DNA of 64,000 nt from Octopus sinensis (Eukaryota). The translations under genes and the position numbers were made by a program. A model generated the notes under the pieces. That model saw nothing but the letters and a program-made list of their open reading frames with translations. It did no database searches and was not told where the DNA came from. Positions 52,858-64,000 of this stretch are shown here, piece by piece; position 1 is the first letter of the stretch; each line of letters starts with the position of its first letter. Location: NCBI RefSeq assembly GCF_006345805.1, contig NC_042998.1, forward strand, positions 38,998,001-39,062,000. Direction: 5' to 3'.

Positions 52858-53499
52858 TCATCATCGTTTAACGTCCGTTTTCCATGCTGGCATGGGTTGG
52901 ACGGTTCGACTGGGGTCTGGGAAGCACCAAGCTCCAGTCTGATCTGGCAATGTTTCTACAGCTGGATGCCCTTCCTAACGCCAACCACTCCGAGATTGTA
53001 GTGGGTGCTTTTTACGTGCCACTGGCATGGGGATCACAACTACAATTTCCATTAGATTTTTAATTTACTTGACTCAATAGTTCTCGTCAAGCACGGCATG
53101 TCGCTCTCCGATCCAAGGTACTTTTGAGTGGGCTGGTTATGCGAAAGTGGTGTATGTTACAGCTGTGAACTCACTTTATTTGCCGGGTCTTCTCAGTTAC
53201 AGCATACCTCCAGAGGTCTTGGTCTTTTGTCATTGCCTCTGTAAGGCCCAACGTACGTAGGTCACGCTTGACCACCTCATTCCATGTCTTCCTGGGTCTA
53301 CTTCTACCCCAGATTCCTTCCACTGTTTGAGAGTGGTACTTCTTCACACATCTCTCCTCATCCATCTGTTGTACATGACCATACCAACGCAAACGTCTCT
53401 CTTGCATGCCACATCCGATGCTTCTTATGTCGAACATTTCTGTCAGGTTGCTTAACTCTGTCGTGTGTGCACACTAACATTACACATCTAGCGGATCAT
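52858..53499 (-). mobile_element. RTE LINE 3' end (lineage 1), copy 1
   Basis: MQERRLRWYGHV...GRSRPRKTWNEVVKRDL plus 3' UTR and (TGA)n tail. Confidence 0.9.
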
Positions 53500-54927
53500 C
53501 CACAAGACTACCTGGATGCACCCAAGGTCCAAGCATTGGCACCTGATTGACTGTGTGATCACCAGGCGCTGGGACATCCAGGATGTTCACATCATTAGGG
53601 CAATAAGGGGAGCTGACTGCTGGACAGATCACCTGCTGTTGAGGTGCAGACTGTCCTTTTCCATTGTCAGCAGACACAGGCGCCAGAAAGCGGATGTTAA
53701 AAAGAAACTTGACCTCCAGAAACTCAATGAACCAAAAACAAAAGAGACCCTCATTGCCAACCTTGCGAACCAGCTTGAACATCTACTTGCCTTATCCTTG
53801 GCCACACAAAACGGAAACACCAAGACTGGTTTGACAACAACAAGAGATCACCACCCCCCTCCAGGAGAAGAAAGAAGCCTTCACAGCCTGGCTCAACGAT
53901 AAAGACTCCCAAGCCAAGCATGACCACCTCAAGAACATCAGAAGAAAGGTGCAGACTGAGCTGCGACAGATGAAAGACAAGTGGTGAGAAAACAAAGCTG
54001 CAGAATTACAGCAGTATGCAGACGAGCACAACTCCAAGAAGTTCTTTGCCGGCCTGAAAGATGCGTATGACACCACGCTAAATGCAATGGCACCTGTGCG
54101 CCCTGCCGATGGAACCCTGCTTGCTGAGAAGAGCGACAGCATACAGTGCTGGAGTGAACATTTCAGTCAGCTGCTAAACAGACCTTCCCAGATTGACCAG
54201 CAGGCCATCCAAGACATCCACAGCGCCCAGTCCTTGTGTTGTTTGATGACTCCCGAACACTGGCAGAAATCCAGAAGGCCATCAAGCATCTACATGTGGG
54301 GAAAGCACCTGGTCCTGACGGAATACCCCCAGAGATCTTCAAAGAGGGAAGGGAAGCTGTTGCCATCAACTTTACTGAGCTGATACAGTAGTTATGGGAC
54401 GAAGGGTCAGTGCCGCAGGACTTCAAGAATGCCAACATCGTGCATCTGTACGAGAACAAGGGGAACAGAGCTTCATATGACAACCACAGAGGCATCTCAT
54501 TGCTCAGCATCGCAGGAAAGATCATGGCCCGTGTTTTTTTTTAACCGCATCACACCACCTGCTTGACGACGTGGTCTCAGAGAGCCAGCGTGGATTTAGG
54601 AACAACAGGGGAACAATAGACATGGTCTTTGCAGTACGGCAGATACAAGAGAAGTGCCGAGAACAAAACCAGAATCTCTACATCCTCTTCGTGGACCTGG
54701 CGAAGGCTTTTGACACTGTCAGCCGAGAGGCCCTGTGGGATATCTTGTCCAGGCTGGATTGTTCACCAAATCTCGTCAAGATCATCCAGTCATTTCATGA
54801 TGGCATGATGGCTCACATCGTGGAAAACGGAGATGTCTCTGATCCATTCCCTGTCACCAATGGCGTGAAGCAAGGTTGAGTGATGGCTCCCACACTCTTC
54901 AGCCTCATGTTTGCCACGATGCTCTTC
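53500..54927 (+). mobile_element. RTE LINE (BovB-like lineage 2), endonuclease end to mid-RT, copy 1
   Basis: HKTTWMHPRSKHWHLID...ADCWTDH, ESQRGFR...DMVFAVRQIQEKCREQ, VDLAKAFDTVSR, GVKQG; truncated at (TA)n. Confidence 0.9.
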
Positions 54928-54930
54928 ATA

Positions 54931-54965
<35 letters not shown>

Positions 54966-55115
54966 GTATATATATAAATAAATATATGTATATATATATG
55001 TATATATGTATGTATATAAATATATGTATATATATGTATGTATGTATGTATGTATATATATGTATATGTATATATATATATGTATATATATATATATGTA
55101 TATATATAAGTATGT

Positions 55116-55159
<44 letters not shown>

Positions 55160-55191
55160 TAGATAGATACACATACATACACACACGTATC

Positions 55192-55238
<47 letters not shown>

Positions 55239-55245
55239 TCGCATA

Positions 55246-55887
55246 TCATCATCGTTTAACGTCCGTTTTCCATGCTGGCATGGGTTGGACGGTTCGACTG
55301 GGGTCTGGGAAGCACCAAGCTCCAGTCTGATCTGGCAATGTTTCTACAGCTGGATGCCCTTCCTAACGCCAACCACTCCGAGATTGTAGTGGGTGCTTTT
55401 TACGTGCCACTGGCATGGGGATCACAACTACAATTTCCATTAGATTTTTAATTTACTTGACTCAATAGTTCTCGTCAAGCACGGCATGTCGCTCTCCGAT
55501 CCAAGGTACTTTTGAGTGGGCTGGTTATGCGAAAGTGGTGTATGTTACAGCTGTGAACTCACTTTATTTGCCGGGTCTTCTCAGTTACAGCATACCTCCA
55601 GAGGTCTTGGTCTTTTGTCATTGCCTCTGTAAGGCCCAACGTACGTAGGTCACGCTTGACCACCTCATTCCATGTCTTCCTGGGTCTACTTCTACCCCAG
55701 ATTCCTTCCACTGTTTGAGAGTGGTACTTCTTCACACATCTCTCCTCATCCATCTGTTGTACATGACCATACCAACGCAAACGTCTCTCTTGCATGCCAC
55801 ATCCGATGCTTCTTATGTCGAACATTTCTGTCAGGTTGCTTAACTCTGTCGTGTGTGCACACTAACATTACACATCTAGCGGATCAT
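55246..55887 (-). mobile_element. RTE LINE 3' end (lineage 1), copy 2
   Basis: Duplicate of 52858-53499. Confidence 0.9.
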
Positions 55888-57315
55888 CCACAAGACTACC
55901 TGGATGCACCCAAGGTCCAAGCATTGGCACCTGATTGACTGTGTGATCACCAGGCGCTGGGACATCCAGGATGTTCACATCATTAGGGCAATAAGGGGAG
56001 CTGACTGCTGGACAGATCACCTGCTGTTGAGGTGCAGACTGTCCTTTTCCATTGTCAGCAGACACAGGCGCCAGAAAGCGGATGTTAAAAAGAAACTTGA
56101 CCTCCAGAAACTCAATGAACCAAAAACAAAAGAGACCCTCATTGCCAACCTTGCGAACCAGCTTGAACATCTACTTGCCTTATCCTTGGCCACACAAAAC
56201 GGAAACACCAAGACTGGTTTGACAACAACAAGAGATCACCACCCCCCTCCAGGAGAAGAAAGAAGCCTTCACAGCCTGGCTCAACGATAAAGACTCCCAA
56301 GCCAAGCATGACCACCTCAAGAACATCAGAAGAAAGGTGCAGACTGAGCTGCGACAGATGAAAGACAAGTGGTGAGAAAACAAAGCTGCAGAATTACAGC
56401 AGTATGCAGACGAGCACAACTCCAAGAAGTTCTTTGCCGGCCTGAAAGATGCGTATGACACCACGCTAAATGCAATGGCACCTGTGCGCCCTGCCGATGG
56501 AACCCTGCTTGCTGAGAAGAGCGACAGCATACAGTGCTGGAGTGAACATTTCAGTCAGCTGCTAAACAGACCTTCCCAGATTGACCAGCAGGCCATCCAA
56601 GACATCCACAGCGCCCAGTCCTTGTGTTGTTTGATGACTCCCGAACACTGGCAGAAATCCAGAAGGCCATCAAGCATCTACATGTGGGGAAAGCACCTGG
56701 TCCTGACGGAATACCCCCAGAGATCTTCAAAGAGGGAAGGGAAGCTGTTGCCATCAACTTTACTGAGCTGATACAGTAGTTATGGGACGAAGGGTCAGTG
56801 CCGCAGGACTTCAAGAATGCCAACATCGTGCATCTGTACGAGAACAAGGGGAACAGAGCTTCATATGACAACCACAGAGGCATCTCATTGCTGAGCATCG
56901 CAGGAAAGATCATGGCCCGTGTTTTTTTTTAACCGCATCACACCACCTGCTTGACGACGTGGTCTCAGAGAGCCAGCGTGGATTTAGGAACAACAGGGGA
57001 ACAATAGACATGGTCTTTGCAGTACGGCAGATACAAGAGAAGTGCCGAGAACAAAACCAGAATCTCTACATCCTCTTCGTGGACCTGACGAAGGCTTTTG
57101 ACACTGTCAGCCGAGAGGCCCTGTGGGATATCTTGTCCAGGCTGGATTGTTCACCAAATCTCGTCAAGATCATCCAGTCATTTCATGATGGCATGATGGC
57201 TCACATCGTGGAAAACGGAGATGTCTCTGATCCATTCCCTGTCACCAATGGCGTGAAGCAAGGTTGAGTGATGGCTCCCACACTCTTCAGCCTCATGTTT
57301 GCCACGATGCTCTTC
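55888..57315 (+). mobile_element. RTE LINE (BovB-like lineage 2), copy 2
   Basis: Duplicate of 53500-54927 (VDLTKAFD variant). Confidence 0.9.
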
Positions 57316-57536
57316 ATATATATATATGTATGTATGTATGTGTATATATATAAATAAATATATGTATATATATATATATATATATGTATGTATATAAATA
57401 TATGTATATATATATGTATGTATGTATGTATATATATGTATATGTATATATATATATATGTATATATATATGTATGTATATATATAAGTATGTATATATA
57501 TATATATATATATAAGTATGTATATATGTATGTATG

Positions 57537-57573
<37 letters not shown>

Positions 57574-58388
57574 ATGTTGTATGTACATATTTATGTATAT
57601 ATATATATAAGTACATACATACATACATACATACATACATACATACATAATAAATAAATAAATAAATAAATAATAAATAAATAAATAAAGAAAGAAAGAA
57701 AGAAAGAAAGAAAGATGGCTGCCAGTTGTTCAGTAGTGGAATGTTGTTGTCCCTCATAAAATGGCATTATCCCAAGAGGTCTTCTTAAAAACAAACATTA
57801 CAGCCGCACACACAACTGTGCTAAGCTACTCTCTGGACTTTCTCTGCCAAATAGTGAAGAAGTTTGCGTTAAGGACCATGTAGAGGGAAAAGTTTGAAAA
57901 CTTTCTGTGTCCAGCTTCCACCTTACGAAATCGCACGTGTTGAATAATGGAAACAGTTTGAACTGGATTCTTGAGCTAAGATATAATATCTCTTGTTTAT
58001 TTATTCATTTTACTGCTTTATTGGGGTTTTTTGGTTGATGTTATCATTGCTGTTATTATAGATATTGGTGATATTATTACTTTTGTTACTAGTAGTGTTA
58101 TTAGTGTTATCATTATTATTATTATCATAGATATTGTTATTATTTCTCGCCGTTCAACTGTTTTTCGCTGCCGATATTTAAGACATTGTTTATGTAAACT
58201 TACATATAAACATTTATAAACACATCGTGGCTAAACTAAATATATTGTAAAAAAAAAATTCAAATCTAAATCGAATCCATTATATTACATTATATTGCAT
58301 TGCTGTTGTAGTTTCCTTAATTCCTTCATGGGTTTTTTTTTTCTATTTACGAGTTCACCTGTCGTTTCATCAACCGATTAAGGCTTCT

Positions 58389-58559
58389 TATTTCTTTACT
58401 ACCCACAAGGGGCTAAACACAGAGAGGACAGACAAAGGGATTAAGTCGGTTACATCGTCCCCAGTGCGTAACTGGTACTTATTTAATCGACCCCGAAAGG
58501 ATGAAAGGCAAAGTCGACCTCGGCGGAATTTGAACTCAGAACGCAACGACAGACGAAAT
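58389..58559 (-). mobile_element. 5'-truncated SINE family B with 16-bp TSD
   Basis: TSD ACCGATTAAGGCTTCT at 58373-58388 and 58560-58575. Confidence 0.9.
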
Positions 58560-58999
58560 ACCGATTAAGGCTTCTAATTTCTCTTCGACTTTTATCAACC
58601 CGTCTCTCATAGATCGATCTCTCTTCCCTCGATTACTGTTTTTATCGACGAAAACAAATATTAATCGCCCTCGCTCAAACTACTCTCTCTACTCTCCTCA
58701 ACTATCCACATTCCGACATAGACTCATCTCTCCTCTCTCTCTTTTCTCCCTTTCTGTCCTCCCCTACTCTCTCTCTCCTACTCTCTGTTCTCCCCTACTC
58801 TCTCTTTCCATCTCCTCGCTTATCCACGTCCCGACATAGCATTCTCACCTATTCCCCCTTCCTATCTCCCTCCATCTCTCTCTGTCTCCTTTCTGCCCCC
58901 CACACACTTCCCCCCTCTCTCTCTCCCGCTCACTCCTCTTTCTTTTCTGTCCCTCCCCACCCTCAATCACTGCCTATCTGCTTCTTTCTCCCTCCCTTT

Positions 59000-60700
59000 C
59001 TTCCCCTCCTCACCTCTCTTCTGGAAATGGATCGGCATACAGCGAGCTACATAAGTGTTAGTGACCTTTTTAAATCCCAGAGACGCTGGCAGCAGGAGGA
59101 GGTCAGAACAATGCTCTTGGCATAGAAACTAGCAGAAGGAGCGCCACCTAATACTCTCATGGCAGACTCCCTGGAGAGTTTTGGTTTCCGCCGGACAATG
59201 GCACAAATTGAGAGGAAAAAGACCGAGCTCCTCCGATCTTACAACCTCATACTGCCGCACATTGAAATATTAAACAAAATAGTTCAAGTAGAGGAAAAGG
59301 AAAACGAAAATGAGAGGGAGGAAAGCAAAAACAAGGACAACACGGACCCAGAGAAGGACCAAAACAGAGTAGAGAAGAGACAAGTCAAAGGGGACAACTA
59401 TGAGCCCAAGAAGAGTGTTGAAGCCGGACAAGGGAGTCCAAAGTCAAAGATGAGGACATATGAAGAGGAAAAGGACAACAACAGTAAATTGAAGCAAAAG
59501 GTAGCACAAGACAGAACAAAGATTCTAGAGAGACCGCAAGGTGAGAAAGGATGTAGACCACAAGTGGACACACACGGACAACAACATAGAACCTGTGGAG
59601 GCAAAGTGTCTAAAATGAAAAACAAACCAATTTGCAAGTTCTACAAAACAAGTACTTGCTGGTATGGAGATATGGGGATGGGCTGCAAATTTGCTCATCC
59701 CAACCCCAGGCACGCAGCCCTCGTCCTAATCACCCGAAGGCCAGGCAGAACAGATCACCACAGGACAAAAAGCACAAGACTCACAATACAATTACCACTG
59801 CCATGGAAGTATGCTGAAGATAAGTGCAAAACTCCTAGAGGGAAACAGACAACTGATGCAGTGCAGTTGGCAGCCACTCAACAGCCAGCTTTTTGGAAGT
59901 TACGCAAAAAATTGTGGAACAGCTGACCAGGCTTCACCAGACACCCGACATGCAAGGCACATACCAATACCTGCGTCCACCTCAAACAATAAAGGAACCA
60001 GTGTGGCCACCCCTGATACCTCCACGCACGCCGGACCTATGAACACCACCAACTCCCTGCTATTCACGCCAGAACTCTCTCTGAACATCAGGAGCCTTAT
60101 AACACTCCACCGACGTAAAACGCAATACCTAAGAGACCTTGTGACATGTAACCAAGCAATATGTGTGTCACTAACAGAAACGCATCTAAATATGGATGTA
60201 TCGGATGCCAAGGTACACATACCAGGGTATGTCGTGCTACAAACTGAAAGACGAGAAAGGTCTCATGGAGGAGTGGCAATGTACATCCGTGATGACGTCA
60301 CGCCCATGGTACTCTTGTCGCACTCCAACACTGTATGTGATTCTCTGGTAGTACACATTAAACAGATGAGGATGGTAATACGTTCCGCATATCGCCCACC
60401 AGATGTGCCAGATCATGAGAACTCATTTGAAGAGAGCCTCCAAAAAATGAGAGATGTTCTGGCAAATCTCGACAATGATCTGCTCATACTTCTCTTAGGG
60501 GATTTCAATCTCCCTCATGTAAAATTGCCAGAGGGATGTCCCCCTTTCAAGTATGTCACTTCAAAATGGGAAGCATACAGTCTTTGCTTGACATCACTGA
60601 CGCACTATAGAGCAGATGGTGCATCACCGCACAAGGGGAAAGAATATCCTGGACCTATGTTTCACAAACAGCTCAGCACACATACATGACGTGAAAGTGA
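59000..60700 (+). mobile_element. CR1-group LINE 5' part: ORF1 with CCCH finger plus APE endonuclease
   Basis: ORF 59159..59926 has CKFYKTSTCWYGDMGMGCKFAHP; ORF 59811..60689 has SLNIRSL, LTETHL, HGGVAMYI, YRPPD and LLGDFNLP. A CT-rich tract lies upstream (58620-59000). Confidence 0.85.
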
Positions 60701-61019
60701 CTCTGTATTGACTGATGATACAATATGGACGGATTTTCGAAGTCCAATAATACTCTGCACACCTATTTGATTATGAAAATTTACAAACATACTTTCTCAG
60801 TGAAACTCAATATACCTACCATTATAAATAATACCAAATGTTCTTTTTCGGACTTTTCATAATGTGATACAAGTCTTTGGTGTAGCAATTGCATGCGGCT
60901 GAAGAGGGCTTTAAACCATCTGTTATGTCGATTATACATTGATGTAAGAATAAGTTGTTTTATAAAGCTTGAAACACGTGTACCGCGACATCCTTTGTGT
61001 TCTGGTTTTTATTTCATTT

Positions 61020-61091
61020 GATACATATATATATACACATATGTATTGTATATATGTATATATATATATGCATATATATATATATATACAC

Positions 61092-61124
<33 letters not shown>

Positions 61125-61320
61125 TATTGCATATATGTATTGCATATATGTATATATATATATATGTATTGCATATGTGTATATATATGTATTGCATATG
61201 TGTATATATATGTATTGCATATATGTATATATACATATATGTATTGCATATATGTATATATACATATATGTATTTCATATATGTATATATACATATATAT
61301 ATGTATATATATGTGTGTAT
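61020..61320. repeat. Complex (TA)/(TG)/tattgca microsatellite
   Basis: Directly visible. Confidence 0.95.
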
Positions 61321-61790
61321 GTGTTTGACCAGCCATGCTACATGGCAGTGAAACATGGGCTTTGACTGCTGAGGACATGTGTAAGCTCGTAAGGATTGAA
61401 GCCAGAATGATCCGATGGATGTGTAATGTCAGTGTGCATACTTGACAGAGTGTAAGTACCTTGAGAGAAATGTTGGACCTAAGAAGCAGCAGATGTGGTG
61501 TGCAAGAGAGACGACTGGGCTGGTATGGTCTTGTGGCAAGAATGGATGAGGACAGCCGTGTGAAAAAGTGCCAGGGGCATAACCAGCCCACTTATGCATA
61601 CCTTTTCCTTCTCTGGACACTAAAACTCTGCTTGCGAAGACCTGTTGAAGCAAGTGAAATCAAAATCAAATTCAATGACTTGCGTCCATGCTAGCAGGGT
61701 GCAAAGAGCACCATACAAGTGTGATCAATGACAGAGCGGCTAACCGACTTCCTCAGTACACTACAAGATAGGACCCCTCTCTCCCTGGTA
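61320..61790 (+). mobile_element. RTE LINE (lineage 1) 3' fragment with internal deletion
   Basis: AMLHGSETW...[11 protein letters not shown]...[10 protein letters not shown]...[10 protein letters not shown], then gcataaccagcccact, which matches the UTR at 53130-53145. Confidence 0.82.
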
Positions 61791-62260
61791 ATAAACTACA
61801 GTTATTTCTGTAGAATTTTTTTACTCAACAACACACGTGGATGGGTGAGGGAGAATACGAGATCTCATTCGTATGTTTTGAATTCGTTGGTACTGGTCAT
61901 AGTTTGTCTGATACTACTTGAATTGGATAAGTAACGTTCAATTTTTTCAGTGCTCTCAAATTTAAAATCTTGAAATGCTGTGCTTAAGAGGAAAATGATT
62001 GGATGGAAATGTGATTTTTGCATTTTCATATCATTCTAATTCCAAAACATGTCCACAGGTAATCAAATAGCGAGTGAATTTCGTTGTTTTTTCTCTCTGT
62101 CTATGTGAACTGTTTTGAGTATATCTTGTCCGGGAGTTTCTTCTTATAGTAGAAGAAATAGCTAAGTTCTTTGGCTGCTATTTCTAAAGTTCGATACGTG
62201 GTGAAGCAAATTTTTTTTGCTGAACCCTAATTGTATTGTAATTATACTCATAATTATAAG

Positions 62261-62307
<47 letters not shown>

Positions 62308-62704
62308 ATACATACAGATATATTTACACACATAGACATATATATATTAGATATATATACATATATGTATATATATATATACACACACATAGACATATAG
62401 ACATAGACATGTGTATATATGTGTATCCATATATACACATGTATATTCATATGTATACGTGTCTATACTTGTGTGTGTGTGTGTGTGTGTGCATATAGTA
62501 ACAGAAAAGAATAAATTTCAATTATCTCCATGTGGTGAGTTGTAATGTAGGTAAGAAATTAAAGAAGGAAAATGCACACACTTTACATAGTTTTAATATA
62601 TCTTGTCTTGTGTTTGTTGACCGGTTTCACTTTTGCTATTCATGACATTAAAATTTATTTAAATACGTGTTTTTTTAAACCTTTTGGTCCATGTTGTGTA
62701 TGAA

Positions 62705-62903
62705 ATTTGAGTGGATGGCACGTAAAATGCACCCACTACACTCACGGAGTGGTTGGCATTAGGAAGGGCATCCAGTTGTAGAAACACTGCCAGATCAGAC
62801 TGGAGCTTGGTGTAGCCTTCTGGCTTCCCAGACCCCAGTCGAACCGTCCAACCCATGCCAGCATGGAAAACGGACGTTAAATGATGGTGGTGATGATGAT
62901 GAT
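62705..62903 (+). mobile_element. RTE LINE 3' UTR fragment with (TGA)n tail
   Basis: taggaagggcatccagttgtagaaac...gaaaacggacgttaaatgatggtggtgatgatg. Confidence 0.85.
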
Positions 62904-64000
62904 TCAACAAGTAGAATAATCGAAGGGGAGGTTATTGGTTAACGTTATTTTGCGCACTTCATGTATTAAAGTGAATTTTTTGCCGAATTGACATGTTCAT
63001 TCTGCAGTGTTTTAATAATATCAGTCACAGGATGCCAGTTATTGGATACCAAGGAAAATAACATTCGAAAAAAGTGGGTTACTAAGTCATTTTGAATGAG
63101 TGCAAGTTTTTTTTTTTATCATTTTGTCTCTCCCTTGTAGTAAATGTATCAGTTGGAAGTGTCAATAACAATTACTGTCAGTTTTGTAGGAAGGGGCGGG
63201 GTGATTGAGCAACATTTTAAAAAACTTATCCAAGTGTGTGGTATTCAGCAGTTTGTTTCCATTAATTAATGAAATTAAACGTTTTATTAGGAATAAATGG
63301 ATAGCAGCAAAAGACCAAATGTTGCAGGAATTCGCTTCAGAAATTGTAAATATTGTAACAGAGCCTGGTTATACATTGAAACAAATAGCCCTTGATAGTT
63401 TTAGAAATTATTTTACAAATTTTTTACAGATTTCTGAAATATTAATTATCGTTTTTCAGATACGTTGATGAATCAGCGAAATTTGAAGGGAAAACATAGA
63501 AATGTAAAATGTAATTAGAAATTTTATTCACAAAAATAAAATACTGCCATAAGTTATCAAATTCTTGTAAGTCTTAATATTTCCTCTGTTATAATTTCTT
63601 CATTTTTAATTAGTATTTTATCAACAAAATAGAAAGATTTTACAAATATATAACAAGAATAATTCGGAGGCAAATTTATCAGTTTTAAAGAAAAAAGTTT
63701 ACTAAAATACAAATATCTTAGTGTGAAAATCCATGAAGAAAATAGTTGAGGCTTTTTTTAATCTTTTTTTATTTTTGTTCTAATTAATTTTATTTTGTAA
63801 TTTTTATGCTGTAGATTATGTCCTGGATTACTGGTTGTTTATGAGCTTGTATCTTCCTGCAGTCGTTACTTTTTCATAGGTTTAGTTCTTTGATTTATAT
63901 AACCAGAGAATAGTGATGAGGCATTTCTGAGATGCTGTCTTATCTTGAGATCTATTGGTCTTAAGCTACAGAAACAGAACTTTATTCTTTTATTTTTCGT

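Larger units (their letters stand above)
52735..57500. repeat. Tandem duplication, unit 2388 bp (2 copies)
   Basis: Constant 2388-bp offset (52853/55241; 54921/57309; ORFs 53171/55559). I saw 2 substitutions in about 2 kb of non-microsatellite sequence. Confidence 0.95.

Noticed and set aside
52858-54927. Head-to-head RTE pieces as a twin-priming inversion of one element
   Set aside because: The geometry fits, but from my knowledge of the families the motifs belong to different RTE lineages (RWYGHV/WMCNV type versus BovB-like HPRSKHWH/GVKQG type). Nested or adjacent insertion is simpler; consensus alignment would settle it.
63205-63468. 87-aa ORF near the window end
   Set aside because: Non-ATG start, no recognised domain and no convincing splice donor.

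Overview
AT-rich eukaryotic DNA packed with microsatellites and transposon remnants. The SINE families, RTE LINEs and (TA)n/(CA)n density suggest an octopod cephalopod genome (inference, not a database result). I found no recognisable host protein-coding exon, rRNA or tRNA gene, or CRISPR array; most long ORFs in the track are translations of microsatellites. Mobile elements: a full-length decayed mariner with TIRs and TA target-site duplication (TSD) at 1385-2600, other Tc1/mariner/maT and hAT-like remnants, two different Penelope-like elements, R4/Dong-like, Tx1-like, CR1 and two RTE LINE lineages, at least four tRNA-derived SINE families, a non-autonomous Helitron and two fold-back elements. 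Best leads: (1) a 106-nt, about 75% GC, highly structured RNA retrocopy with an A-tail and perfect 16-bp TSD at 8645-8802, source unknown; (2) three near-identical tandem duplications, all breaking inside (TA)n tracts, which could be real or assembly artefacts; (3) a CpG-rich candidate bidirectional promoter with CRE, ETS and RFX X-box motifs near 41.4 kb; (4) a Penelope-like RT with a long insertion between motifs A and B'; (5) a ~200-bp palindrome. No complete novel system can be claimed from the sequence alone.
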